From Candidatus Bathyarchaeota archaeon (lineage in GTDB: Archaea; Thermoproteota; Bathyarchaeia; Bathyarchaeales; Bathycorpusculaceae), in contig OY970176.1 of assembly GCA_963707955.1 (NCBI GenBank), positions 64,001-128,000 of the forward strand: 64,000 nucleotides of DNA. The letters are read 5' to 3'. The translations under genes were made by a program, and so were the position numbers. Positions 1-10,038 of the stretch are shown piece by piece (the stretch's first letter is position 1; every line of letters begins with the position of its first letter). The notes under the pieces are model-generated. The model was not told the DNA's origin. It saw nothing but the letters and a program-made list of their open reading frames with translations, and did no database searches.

Positions 1-108
1 AAAATCGTTGACCCTCCAAAGGGAGTTCTTTCCGACGAAGTGATTTTGAAGAGGATCCTCTCCAAGGTTAGACAGATAAAAAAGAAAAAGCAAGAGGAGG
101 CAGAGTAG
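1..108 (+). CDS. fwdB: 3' end of formylmethanofuran dehydrogenase subunit B (partial)
   Basis: Frame 1 reads KIVDPPKGVLSDEVILKRIL...* and ends immediately before fwdA; resembles the FwdB C-terminus. Confidence 0.65.
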   Translation, partial: KIVDPPKGVLSDEVILKRILSKVRQIKKKKQEEAE

Positions 109-1800
109 ATGGAGCTTCTGGTGAAAAACGGCTTTGTCTACGACCCAATTAACGGCATAAACGGCGAAAAGATGGACATTGCAGTCAGGGATGGAAAAAT
201 AGTTGAAAACGTGAATGAACGCAAGGCAAGGAAGCTCAACGCTTCCCGAATGATAGTCATGCCTGGCGGCGTTGACATCCACTGCCACATTGCCGGGTCA
301 GAGGTCAACACTGGGAGGCTCCTAAGGCCAGAAGACCACTTCAAAGATTTTGAAGTGAAAACATCAATAACAAGGTCCGGAGTCGGCCGCTCGATTCCGT
401 CCACTTTCACGACTGGCTACCGGTACTCCAGGATGGGTTACACGACGATAATGAACCCTTCCATGCCTCCGTTGGAAGCGAAGCACACGCATGAAGAGTT
501 AAACGACACGCCTATGGTCGACAAGAGCTCTTACCCGCTCCTCGGCGACTGGTGGTTCGTGCTCGAGTACCTCGCGCAAGGAAACATCGAAGAGTGCGCA
601 AGGCACGTAGCGTGGCTGATGGACGCGACCAAGGGATACGCGATAAAAATAGTCAACCCAGGCGGGTTGGAGGCTTGGGGATTCGGCCACAACATCAAAA
701 GCCTCGACGACCAGGTTCCGCATTTCTGCACCACTCCACGCGAGATCATCCGGGGCCTCTGTAAGGTGAACAAGCTTCTCGCATTGCCCCACACAATTCA
801 CGTCCACACGAACAACCTTGGAAAACCAGCAAACTATCTCACGGCGTTAGAAACTATGAAGTGTGTTGAAGACTTGGCCCTTGAAAACAAGCCTGTAATC
901 CACATAACACACTGCCAGTTCAGCGCCTTCAAGGGCGACGACTGGGCAACACTCGAATCCGGCGCGGAGGACATCGCAAAATATGTCAACGGGCACCATC
1001 ACGTCACTATGGACATGGGCCAAGTCATATTCACGGACACCACGACTATGACGGCCGACGGGCCATTCCAGTACGACCTCTACGGGCTCACAGGCAACAA
1101 ATGGGTAAACCATGATGTTGAAACGGAAACAAGCGCGGGCATCGTTCCCTTCCGTTACCGCCGTAAAAGCTACGTTCACGCAACACAATGGTCAATAGGC
1201 CTCGAGCTGGCCTTACTGATCAAGGATCCTTGGAAAATATTCATGACTACGGACCATCCGAACGGCGGACCGTTCACAGCGTATCCGAAGATCATCGCTT
1301 GGCTCATGAGTGGAAAAGCAAGGGAGGCAACGATGAAAAGGATCAACAGGCGGGCGAGGAGCAGAAGTCTCCTTCTCTCCATAGACCGTGAGCTAACCTT
1401 CTACGAGATCGCAGTCATGACGAGGGCCGGACAAGCTAGGGCGTTGGGCCTCAAGAATAAGGGGCATTTGGGCGTGGGAGCAGACGCTGACCTGGCAATC
1501 TATGCTGTGAACCCTGAAACAGCCGATCCGTCAAGAAAGTACAAGAGCGTGAGAAAAGCGTTCAAGAGAGCAGCATACACGATCAAAGATGGAAAAATAG
1601 TTGTTAAAAATGGAGAGATAGTGAGACACGCTGACGGCGCTACGATGTGGCTTGATGTTCACGTGTCTGAACCCGTCAGGTTGACCGATGACATGAAGAA
1701 AAGGTTCAGGGAATACTGGACGGTTGAGTATGAGAATTATCCTGTCGGTGAAGGGTGCCTTAAGGTTTCAAGGCCGATCGCTGTGAAGGCATGTGTTTAG
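109..1800 (+). CDS. fwdA: Formylmethanofuran dehydrogenase subunit A
   Basis: Amidohydrolase DIHCH motif, KIVNPGG, TTDHPNGGPF; precedes fwdC. Confidence 0.95.
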   Translation: MELLVKNGFVYDPINGINGEKMDIAVRDGKIVENVNERKARKLNASRMIVMPGGVDIHCHIAGSEVNTGRLLRPEDHFKDFEVKTSITRSGVGRSIPSTFTTGYRYSRMGYTTIMNPSMPPLEAKHTHEELNDTPMVDKSSYPLLGDWWFVLEYLAQGNIEECARHVAWLMDATKGYAIKIVNPGGLEAWGFGHNIKSLDDQVPHFCTTPREIIRGLCKVNKLLALPHTIHVHTNNLGKPANYLTALETMKCVEDLALENKPVIHITHCQFSAFKGDDWATLESGAEDIAKYVNGHHHVTMDMGQVIFTDTTTMTADGPFQYDLYGLTGNKWVNHDVETETSAGIVPFRYRRKSYVHATQWSIGLELALLIKDPWKIFMTTDHPNGGPFTAYPKIIAWLMSGKAREATMKRINRRARSRSLLLSIDRELTFYEIAVMTRAGQARALGLKNKGHLGVGADADLAIYAVNPETADPSRKYKSVRKAFKRAAYTIKDGKIVVKNGEIVRHADGATMWLDVHVSEPVRLTDDMKKRFREYWTVEYENYPVGEGCLKVSRPIAVKACV

Positions 1801-2625
1801 ATGATAAGGCTTCGACCAGCGAGAGAATTCAGGTTTCCAATAATTGCCGAGTGTATAAACCCGGATGTTTTTGAAGGCAAGAGCGCTGGCGAAATTGAAG
1901 AGTTGAAGGTCTGGGAAGGGAACAGACAGAAGAAACTGTGTGAACTTTTCAGGATTGACGAGGTCAGGGACGAAAGTACGCCGGAAAGTGTTGCCATAGC
2001 GATCCATGGGGACGTTGGCAAAGTTCGAAGGATTGGGTCATGCATGAAAAGCGGAGAAATCGTGATTAACGGGGATGCTGGCATGCACTTGGGTGAAGAA
2101 ATGAAGGGAGGCAAGATAACTGTTCATGGAAACGTCGGGGCTTGGCTTGGCTCAATGATGACTGGTGGCACTATCGAGGTTCATGGAAACGCGAGCGACT
2201 ATGTCGGCGCACCTTACCGTGGAAGCACCAAGGGCATGCATGGTGGTAAGATGACCATTTATGGAAACGTGGGAAACGAAGTTGGAGCGTGGATGAAAAA
2301 AGGCACGATCAAAGTGTACGGAAGTGCAGGCCAATTCATCGGCTTTCGCATGCGTGATGGTACGATCTACGTTCAAAACGACTGCGAAGCAAGGGCCGGC
2401 GCATGCATGACGGATGGGAAGATCGTTGCAGGCGGCTGCCTACGGTCCGTTTTGCCCAGCTTCACGATAGACAGTGTTAAGCAAAGAGTCAAGATAGAAG
2501 AGAACGAAACGGTTGAAGGGCCCTTCTATCTTTTTTTGGGAGACCTTGCCGAAGGTGGAAAAGGCAAACTGTACGTCTTTAAGAACCGGAACCCACATCT
2601 GACCTGTTATGAGAAGTTACTTTGA
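1801..2625 (+). CDS. fwdC: Formylmethanofuran dehydrogenase subunit C
   Basis: GXGXG beta-helix repeats (GxxMxGGxIxVxG), GAPYRGS. Confidence 0.93.
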   Translation: MIRLRPAREFRFPIIAECINPDVFEGKSAGEIEELKVWEGNRQKKLCELFRIDEVRDESTPESVAIAIHGDVGKVRRIGSCMKSGEIVINGDAGMHLGEEMKGGKITVHGNVGAWLGSMMTGGTIEVHGNASDYVGAPYRGSTKGMHGGKMTIYGNVGNEVGAWMKKGTIKVYGSAGQFIGFRMRDGTIYVQNDCEARAGACMTDGKIVAGGCLRSVLPSFTIDSVKQRVKIEENETVEGPFYLFLGDLAEGGKGKLYVFKNRNPHLTCYEKLL

Positions 2626-3607
2626 GGAGAAGTATCCTTTGAAAAACGCTTTAAGTGTAAACCGCTTGGCTTGGAGGCTTCTGGAAGAACTGGTCAAGAG
2701 TCCAGACTTCTACGGCGTCAAAGTGGAAAGGACGAGTAAGGGGACGATGATTGTAGATGCGGGCGTGCAGGCAAGAGGCGGCTTTGAAGCTGGCAGACTC
2801 ATCACGGAGATCTGCATGGGTGGCCTTGGAAAAGCCCAAGTATGCTCCAGAAAATACGGCGACTTGGAACTGCAGTCAATATTCGTTTACACTGACCACC
2901 CGGCAATTGCGACCCTAGGCTCGCAGTACGCTGGTTGGCAGATTAGCGAGGAGGGATACTTCGGAATAGGCTCTGGACCAGCAAGAGCATTGGCTTTGAA
3001 ACCGAAAGAAGTCTATGAGGAGATCCAGTACAAAGACGAGTGCGACAAGGCCGTTGTCATCTTGGAAACCCAGAAATTTCCACCGCCGAAATGGATAGAC
3101 CGTTTTGCAAGAGACTGCAGAGTATCGCCAGAGAACGTGGCAGTAATTCTTACCCCAACAACCAGCCTGGCCGGAGCGACTCAAGTTTCAGGAAGAATCG
3201 TTGAAACGGGAATACACAAACTGAGAAGGCTAGGGCTGGACCCCAACACGATTCTCTACGCCTGGGGATACGCACCTATCCCGCCAGTGCATCCCAAGTT
3301 CGCTGAGGCGATGGCAAGGACGAATGATGCAATCCTCTACGGCGGCACGTCCTGTTATGTTCTTGAGTGTGATGATGAAGAAAAACTCAGCGAGATAGTG
3401 AAGAAGGCTCCGTCGAAGGCGTCCAAGGCTTACGGGAAGCCTTTCAAAGAAACATTCAAAGAAGCCAAGTATGACTTCTACAAGATAGATCAGAACCTTT
3501 TTGCCCCAGCGATCATGATAGTCAACAATCGGAAGACAGGTCGCACATTCAAAGCTGGAGAAATAAACAAAGAGGTTCTGGAAACCTCATTGGGCATTAA
3601 GGCATAA
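2609..3607 (+). CDS. mch: Methenyl-H4MPT cyclohydrolase
   Basis: EICMGGLG, LGSQYAGW, GSGPARALA, TNDAILYGG, DQNLFAPA motifs. Confidence 0.95.
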   Translation: MRSYFEEKYPLKNALSVNRLAWRLLEELVKSPDFYGVKVERTSKGTMIVDAGVQARGGFEAGRLITEICMGGLGKAQVCSRKYGDLELQSIFVYTDHPAIATLGSQYAGWQISEEGYFGIGSGPARALALKPKEVYEEIQYKDECDKAVVILETQKFPPPKWIDRFARDCRVSPENVAVILTPTTSLAGATQVSGRIVETGIHKLRRLGLDPNTILYAWGYAPIPPVHPKFAEAMARTNDAILYGGTSCYVLECDDEEKLSEIVKKAPSKASKAYGKPFKETFKEAKYDFYKIDQNLFAPAIMIVNNRKTGRTFKAGEINKEVLETSLGIKA

Positions 3608-3619
3608 AGCCGATTTTGC

Positions 3620-4204
3620 TCACTTCAGCGTCTTCAGGTTGGACTCCACAATTTTCGCTAATGAATAGCCTATGGGAATTGTGTACAGTGCCAACGTGAT
3701 GTTGAAAATTATCACAAAAGGAAGAGCGGCAATTACCGCTTCTTGGGCATAACCATAGCCAACAGGCGGTGGAAAGCGAAGGAACGTGTAATTGACTAAG
3801 GCCATTAATACTGCTCTCGTGGCAACGCCCGAGGCTGTATACAGAGTCCCAACAGTGGCCTCGTGAGTCGCAGGATGTTTTCTGAGAAGAGTTTTCGTGA
3901 GACCTATTCCCAGAAGGGTGCTCAGTACCGCCGCTAAATTGTATAGTGGGCCTGTAGGAAGCGCTCCAGGATAGTAGGCAAACAACGCCAAAGTGTTCAC
4001 CATTGTTATCAGAACTCCTACTGTTGTTCCGAAAAGAAGGAATGCTGTCACTATCGGTATTTCCCATATCTGATATACTAGGTACGGCGCGTATGGTGCG
4101 GGTATTTTTATAGGAGACAAATTGAGCGCAATTGCAAGAGCGGCAAAGACTATTATTGCAGCCACAGTTTTAGTTTTCACGGCAAGCCCTCTGCTTTCAG
4201 TCAC
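3620..4204 (-). CDS. ECF transporter S component
   Basis: About 190 aa, multiple TM segments, IKIPAPYAPYLxYQIWEIP motif typical of S components. Confidence 0.7.
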   Translation of the reverse strand: MTESRGLAVKTKTVAAIIVFAALAIALNLSPIKIPAPYAPYLVYQIWEIPIVTAFLLFGTTVGVLITMVNTLALFAYYPGALPTGPLYNLAAVLSTLLGIGLTKTLLRKHPATHEATVGTLYTASGVATRAVLMALVNYTFLRFPPPVGYGYAQEAVIAALPFVIIFNITLALYTIPIGYSLAKIVESNLKTLK

Positions 4205-4324
4205 AGCCTGTGAAAGTGAAGCCTTGTGAGTTCCTATTTAAGAGTAGCTACTCATAAAAGGGTAGAGGCAACTGAGCTTGAAGCATAAATATTCCTAATG
4301 CATATCTCCTAATGGGAAAAACTA

Positions 4325-5572
4325 TTGTCTGAAGCGCTGAAATTCTCCTCAACAGAAGTTAAGGCATGGCTTGAACGCGAAACAGGGTCAATTTTCACTC
4401 CAGTCCATGCAAGGGCGCAAAAGCTGCTGAATGACGTGGGCAGAACGCTTGATAACCTTTCAGAAACTTCGAAGACTCTTTTGGACAATAGCGCAAGAGA
4501 GATCGAGAGAAGAAACATGAAGACTTACCGAAGGGCAAGAGCGATGAACAAGCTGGCCCGGCTGTTCGTCGACAGAAACCGCCAAATGAAAGTTCCTGAA
4601 AAGGTGACGTATGAGAATGCCAGCGACTTTGTCCGGGAAACTCAAAAGGGGTTTGTAGCAACAGAAATTGACATTAGAAACTGGTTTCCACGGATCTCGC
4701 CTTTTTTCATTCTTGACAGAAGAAAATTCTTAAGTGTTTTCGAGAAAGCAAAAGCCTTGTTAAAAGAGCTCGACGGTTTCGTCACCAAAGAGTACGTGAA
4801 AACCAAGACTTTGGAGGACACGTTCCAGCTGATCGAAGAGCTGTCGAGTCTTGAGGGCCAACTGAGAGTTCTGGGTGAACGAAAAGCGAAGGTTGAAAGC
4901 GCGAAAGCTTCGCTGGAGAGGGAAATAGCTGAAGCAAAACAAAGAATAGCTGACTTGAAAACGATGGGCAGCGTGGGCCAGCTGAGTCAGACGGGAACCG
5001 AGATAGAAGCCTTAAGCCTGGAAATAAAGCACAGCCTGCAACATCTTCAGAAACCTTTCATCAAGCTTCAATCCCTGGCAAGTCACGGTTCAGGAAGCGG
5101 TCTGACGCCTGAAGAATTCAATAAACTTGCCCAATACCTCGAAAACCCGTTTGAAGCTCTTTCAACAGAAGACGAAGGACACCCACTGTTGAAGCAGGTA
5201 CTTGAGAAGCTGCAAAGGTCGATTTCTGAGGACAAGCTGAAGCTAAAACCCGAAAAAGCCCGCAAAGCTGAACAAGACATAAACAACATCCTCAGGAGCA
5301 ACTCACTAGCAAGTCTGCATCAACGATGCAGGGACGCAATGAGCCGAAGAACACAACTGTCAACATCAGAAGAAGTCGCTACCACGCAGAAAGACCTCAC
5401 AAAACTTCACGAACACGTTGCAAACCTAACGAGAAGCAAAGGAGTTCTTGAGGGAGAAGAACACTCGATTAACAGAACATACGTCGAAACTGCTGACAAA
5501 ATCAAAAGTCACAAGAGCGAAATAGAGAAGAACATTTCCAGCTTCACGAGCAAGAAAGTAACGATTACATAG
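4325..5572 (+). CDS. Coiled-coil hypothetical protein
   Basis: 415 aa E/K/L-rich heptad-like ORF, no catalytic motif recognised. Confidence 0.75.
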   Translation: MSEALKFSSTEVKAWLERETGSIFTPVHARAQKLLNDVGRTLDNLSETSKTLLDNSAREIERRNMKTYRRARAMNKLARLFVDRNRQMKVPEKVTYENASDFVRETQKGFVATEIDIRNWFPRISPFFILDRRKFLSVFEKAKALLKELDGFVTKEYVKTKTLEDTFQLIEELSSLEGQLRVLGERKAKVESAKASLEREIAEAKQRIADLKTMGSVGQLSQTGTEIEALSLEIKHSLQHLQKPFIKLQSLASHGSGSGLTPEEFNKLAQYLENPFEALSTEDEGHPLLKQVLEKLQRSISEDKLKLKPEKARKAEQDINNILRSNSLASLHQRCRDAMSRRTQLSTSEEVATTQKDLTKLHEHVANLTRSKGVLEGEEHSINRTYVETADKIKSHKSEIEKNISSFTSKKVTIT

Positions 5573-5579
5573 TTTCGAA

Positions 5580-6518
5580 GTGAGCTTTTTGCAGACAGGC
5601 CTTGCGCGGACTGTGAAGGAAGCGATGGAAATCCCCGTTGATGGTTTCACCAAACTGGTCGCGGAGGCAAGGCGGTTTCTTGAAAAGGAAAACGGCAGAG
5701 TCGGCAACCTTCAAATCCTCGGAGGACTCGTCAAGATGAAGCCTTCAGGCGAAGCACTCGTGGTGGGTGATTTGCACGGCGACATTGAGAGTCTAATTCA
5801 GATACTGCAGCAAAGTGAGATTCTGCAAAGAATGGAAAAGTCTCAACTTGTCTTCCTGATCTTTCTTGGAGATTACGGTGATCGCGGCGAGTTCTCTGCA
5901 GAAGTCTACTACACGGTTCTAAGCCTGAAACTTCAACATCCAACACAGGTGGTTTTGATGCGGGGAAACCATGAGGGACCAAGAGACCTTCTAGCGTCTC
6001 CTCACGACTTGCCCGTGCAGTTTCAAAACAGGTTTGGAAAAGAATGGGCCGAAGCCTACCGCGGTATTCTCGAACTGTTTCCGCTTCTCTGCAATTCAGT
6101 GTTGGTTGAAGAACGTTACTTGATTGTTCACGCAGGCTTACCTCAGCAGGCGCGCACGATCGAGGATTTCGCGTATGCTCATACGAAGCATCCGAAGGTG
6201 ACGTTCCTTGAAGACATGCTTTGGAGCGATCCACAGGAAGCTCTTGAAGGAACATATCCTTCCACTAGAGGTGCGGGGCACATGTTCGGTAAAGACGTAA
6301 CAACCGCCGTTCTGAAAGCACTGAAAGTGAAAATACTGATACGTGGACACGAACCATGCAGCGAGGGCTTCAAAATCGACCACGACGGCAAGATCTTGAC
6401 GCTTTTTTCAAGAAAAGGTCCTCCCTACTTCAACAAGTATGGCGCCTATTTGGACGTGAACCTATCTGAGAAGTTTGGAAAGGCAACACAACTGGTTCCG
6501 TACGTTCACAAATTCTGA
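5580..6518 (+). CDS. PPP-family Ser/Thr protein phosphatase
   Basis: GDLHG, GDYGDRG, RGNHE, LWSDP, RGAG, IRGHE motifs. Confidence 0.9.
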   Translation: MSFLQTGLARTVKEAMEIPVDGFTKLVAEARRFLEKENGRVGNLQILGGLVKMKPSGEALVVGDLHGDIESLIQILQQSEILQRMEKSQLVFLIFLGDYGDRGEFSAEVYYTVLSLKLQHPTQVVLMRGNHEGPRDLLASPHDLPVQFQNRFGKEWAEAYRGILELFPLLCNSVLVEERYLIVHAGLPQQARTIEDFAYAHTKHPKVTFLEDMLWSDPQEALEGTYPSTRGAGHMFGKDVTTAVLKALKVKILIRGHEPCSEGFKIDHDGKILTLFSRKGPPYFNKYGAYLDVNLSEKFGKATQLVPYVHKF

Positions 6519-6597
6519 GCGTGCCGTAGCACAGAAACTTTAAGAAACACAGCCTACAGCATTTTTCACAGGTTGAAACCACTGGAGAGTTCCCTTT

Positions 6598-7476
6598 TTG
6601 AAATTTGGAATTGTAACGCGGAACAGAAACTCTTACAGTTCATTCCAAGTGCGCGAAGCCCTGGAAAAGCGTGCAATTCCGTATGTGTGCTTCAGCTTTC
6701 CCAGGTTGATTGCGAATGTAGGACATGCTCCGCTGGCAAGGGTCGATAACGTTGACGTGCAGAAGGAATTGGACGGGCTGATAGTTCGACCAATCGGGCG
6801 AGGCTCCCTTGAGGAGTTGGTTTTCAGGATGGATGTCCTCTACAGGCTTCAGCGTGTAGGCTTGTACATCATAAACCCGCCGGAGGCGATTGAACACTGT
6901 GCTGACAAATACGACATTTTGGCCATCTTGGAAGAAAACGGCGTACCGGTACCCCGCACAGCTGTAACCGAAAGCATTGGGGAGGCTGTGAGAGCTTTCA
7001 AGGCGTTGGGAGGCGACGTTATCGTGAAACCGATATTCGGCTCCAGAGGCATAGGGGCCACAAGGGTAAACGATTCGGAAGTGGCTGCAACGGTCTTCAG
7101 GGCTGTAACGTTCTATCACGGCGTCATTTATCTACAGCAGTTTGTTGACCACGGCTTTTCTGATATTCGCGCTTTCGTAGTTGGCAACCGAGTGGTCGCA
7201 GCAATGAAGCGTGTTGCACGCAGCTGGAAGACGAACTACAGTCAAGGCGCTAGGCCTATGAGAATAGAGCTTGAAAAAGTCCATGAAGACCTCGCCGTCA
7301 AGTCGGCCAAATCCATCGCTTGTAAGATAGCTGGAGTGGACATTCTTGAAAGCCCTTCAGGGCCTGTTGTGGTCGAAGTCAACAGTCAGCCAGGATGGCG
7401 TGGACTGCAGTCAGTTGCAGCCGTCAACATTGCGGATGAAATTGTGGACTTTGTACTATCAGAATTGAAGAAGTGA
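6598..7476 (+). CDS. RimK-family ATP-grasp alpha-L-glutamate ligase (MptN/CofF-like)
   Basis: KPIFGSRGIG, DIRAFVVG, WKTNYSQG, EVNSQPGW; near H4MPT genes. Confidence 0.88.
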   Translation: MKFGIVTRNRNSYSSFQVREALEKRAIPYVCFSFPRLIANVGHAPLARVDNVDVQKELDGLIVRPIGRGSLEELVFRMDVLYRLQRVGLYIINPPEAIEHCADKYDILAILEENGVPVPRTAVTESIGEAVRAFKALGGDVIVKPIFGSRGIGATRVNDSEVAATVFRAVTFYHGVIYLQQFVDHGFSDIRAFVVGNRVVAAMKRVARSWKTNYSQGARPMRIELEKVHEDLAVKSAKSIACKIAGVDILESPSGPVVVEVNSQPGWRGLQSVAAVNIADEIVDFVLSELKK

Positions 7477-8261
7477 GAACCGTGCGAGAAGTTGAAATTC
7501 TGAGAATCGACGTTTCCAGCGGACTAGCAAATCAGATGAAAGACTGCGTCGCGCAGGAAAAACCACTACACCTTTTCCTAAACCGAACATTGTACGCCAC
7601 CATTTTCTGCACTCCTTCAAAACTGAAGGAATTGGCAGTTGGGCACTTAGTCTCTGAGGGAATCGTAAAATCAATTGAGGAGATCGAAGAAGTAAACCTG
7701 AAAAAGGATGTTTGCAGGGTTAAGCTGACACCAAGCGTTGACCTGAACAAAAGGCTAAGCTTGTCGAAACATTTTCAACGAGTAATTCTTTCAGCCTGCG
7801 GAAGCAAGGGAACCTATACACCTACGCAGAGGTTGCCCAGAATCAAGTCAAACTTAACGATCAAAGCCGAGGCGGTGCTCGATTGCGTCAACTCTCTGAA
7901 CCGCGCCGCAGAAATCTATAGAAAAACCGGCGGAGTACACGCCGCTGCGATTTTCAGCAGTGATGGAACTCTTATGGCCTCAGCTGAGGACGTTGGTCGC
8001 CACAACGCGGTCGACAAAGTCATAGGCACCACGATGATGCGCAAGACTAATCTTGGAAAATGCATTCTCACCTTGACTGGAAGAATGACAGGCGACATAG
8101 TGATGAAAGCAGCAAGATTAAGAATGCCAGTCGTAGCTTCCATGGCAGCGGCCATTGATTCTGGAATAGCAGTTGCGAAGAAAGCCGATTTGACTCTGGT
8201 TGGGTTCGTCCGGGGGAAGCGGATGAACATTTACAACTATCCAGAGAGAATTCTTGCGTAA
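7473..8261 (+). CDS. fdhD: Formate dehydrogenase accessory sulfurtransferase
   Basis: TGGVHAAA, EDVGRHNAVDKVIG motifs. Confidence 0.93.
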   Translation: MRTVREVEILRIDVSSGLANQMKDCVAQEKPLHLFLNRTLYATIFCTPSKLKELAVGHLVSEGIVKSIEEIEEVNLKKDVCRVKLTPSVDLNKRLSLSKHFQRVILSACGSKGTYTPTQRLPRIKSNLTIKAEAVLDCVNSLNRAAEIYRKTGGVHAAAIFSSDGTLMASAEDVGRHNAVDKVIGTTMMRKTNLGKCILTLTGRMTGDIVMKAARLRMPVVASMAAAIDSGIAVAKKADLTLVGFVRGKRMNIYNYPERILA

Positions 8262-9232
8262 GGATCATCCGCATCTTCTGGAAACAATACTTCTTTTCCA
8301 TCTCTTACGAGGATGCGGCTCGTGTCTTTTGTGAAAATGCCCAAGACGTTTGCTTGAATCTTGCTTCGACGCATAGTTGTTTCGACTTTTTCTTTTGCTT
8401 TCGGACTAACACTGGCTAGGATTGTTCCAGTAGATGACATGGATAACAATTGCTTTTCCGACAGTTGGAAGTGTTTCTGCAGCGTTTTCACTTCTTTGCA
8501 GATTGGAATACTCTCAAATTCTATTCTAAAACCGACTTTGGAAGCTTCAGCCATCTCATTTAATGCTGCTGTCAAACCTCCTTCAGTGGCATCGTGCATA
8601 GCATGAATGCTGCCTGTTTCAGCAAGCAGCAACGCTTCTCTAACGCAACTCTGCATTGGAACAAGTTCTTCTAGCTCTTGCGTTTTTTGAACTCCGAAAA
8701 TCCTCTTCGCCGTATCCTCGCGGGTCAAGGCGAAGTTGACTGCAACTTCTAAGCCTATCGGTTTCATACAATAAATGTAGTCTGCAGGTTTAGCGCCGCT
8801 CGGTGTTATGAGTTTGCTTCTGTCGATTGTTCCGTAGGCTGTGCAGACCCCGACTAGGGTTGAGAGTCCATTGTAGGTTCCGGTGTGCCCTGTCACGATG
8901 GCCATTTGAAGTTCATCGGCGGCGCGGCAGGTTTGCTGCATGACCTTAAGGAAGGTCTGGGGTTTCGTCGATGGTGGACCCAAGAGATTGATAGTGCAGA
9001 ATTCTGGCTTTGCCCCAAAGAGTGCCACGTCCGAAGCAGCATAGTGAATTAGTAGCCATCCAAACCATTCTTCTGGAACGCCAATGCATGGGTCAGTGGA
9101 GATTACTAGGTACTTGTCGCCTATCTTGTGTACTCCTGAGTCGTAGCCGGCCAGTGGAGGGACGATGACTCGTGAGTCTTTTTTGATGCAGGCCAAGAGT
9201 TTTTTGAGTTCGTAGTCGGATAGTTTTCCCAT
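8237..9232 (-). CDS. AIR synthase (PurM/HypE/ThiL-like) family protein
   Basis: MGKL start, ISTDP, IVTGHT, AMHDATEGG motifs. Confidence 0.85.
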   Translation of the reverse strand: MGKLSDYELKKLLACIKKDSRVIVPPLAGYDSGVHKIGDKYLVISTDPCIGVPEEWFGWLLIHYAASDVALFGAKPEFCTINLLGPPSTKPQTFLKVMQQTCRAADELQMAIVTGHTGTYNGLSTLVGVCTAYGTIDRSKLITPSGAKPADYIYCMKPIGLEVAVNFALTREDTAKRIFGVQKTQELEELVPMQSCVREALLLAETGSIHAMHDATEGGLTAALNEMAEASKVGFRIEFESIPICKEVKTLQKHFQLSEKQLLSMSSTGTILASVSPKAKEKVETTMRRSKIQANVLGIFTKDTSRILVRDGKEVLFPEDADDPYARILSG

Positions 9233-9247
9233 GGTGTTCGCGATGCC

Positions 9248-9778
9248 TTAGAGGTAAATGTTGATGGCCTTGCTTTTCTGTAAGATGCCGATTATTATGG
9301 CGCATATTATCAAGCTTGGTATCATGTAGCTTCCGTTGTAAATTGCTGAGTAGACTAAGGGGTTCTCTCCGTTCGCGTAGTTGGACCAGTAGAGTACGCC
9401 TGAGACGAAGTGGCTTATGAATCGGCCTGTAGCGCCTACGACGACGCCTGCAACTGGGGTTTTCTGGAAAAACCCGGCGACGCCAAGCAGACCGAAGGGC
9501 AACGGGTAATCCAGGATGAATTGGGCGGGGTTGACGACGAAAGGTTCGATTGCAAGATCAACGACGCCGAACACGGCGCCTGCGAAAATCCCTATTTTTG
9601 GGCCTCTTCTGTAGGCCAGCCAGAAGATGGGTACCATTCCAATGTTGATGCTTCCGCCTTGTGGCAGGCTGAAGAAAGAATGGCTTATGAGGCTTAAGGC
9701 TCCGGCCAAGGCGACGAGCACTATTACTTCTGAGAGTATCTTGGTGCTAAAATGCCGATTTGCGGGTTTTTGATCTAT
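9248..9778 (-). CDS. thiT: Energy-coupled thiamine transporter S component; probable ATA start at 9778 (first GTG at 9721)
   Basis: LPQGGSI, QFILDYPLPF, RFISHFVSGV, YSAIYNGSY motifs; directly downstream of a TPP riboswitch. Confidence 0.88.
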   Translation of the reverse strand: MDQKPANRHFSTKILSEVIVLVALAGALSLISHSFFSLPQGGSINIGMVPIFWLAYRRGPKIGIFAGAVFGVVDLAIEPFVVNPAQFILDYPLPFGLLGVAGFFQKTPVAGVVVGATGRFISHFVSGVLYWSNYANGENPLVYSAIYNGSYMIPSLIICAIIIGILQKSKAINIYL

Positions 9779-9782
9779 TGTT

Positions 9783-9877
9783 TTTTCCCTCCGCCAGTAT
9801 TACCTGGGTCAGGTTCTAAGGGTCGACGGTGTTCAACCGTCCTCTCAGCCGGGTCACAATCCCAGCTCCCCGAAACC
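9783..9877 (-). ncRNA. TPP (THI-box) riboswitch
   Basis: Minus strand GGGGAGCT...GCTGAGAG...GACCCTTAGAACCTGACCCAGGTAATACTGGCGGAGGGAA matches the TPP aptamer consensus; upstream of thiT; TATA-like TTTTATA near 9905-9912. Confidence 0.93.
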
Positions 9878-10038
9878 TATGAAGGGTAATTGTTATCTAT
9901 GCGTATAAAAGCGTTCTGGATGACACTTTAGATTACGCAACAACGAAAATGCGTTGCTTGGGAGATCGTGATCTGTCGCTGCTTCTTGCCAGTCAGACAT
10001 GCTTAAGAACTTCGTTGATCAATTAGTCTTGATGTTTC

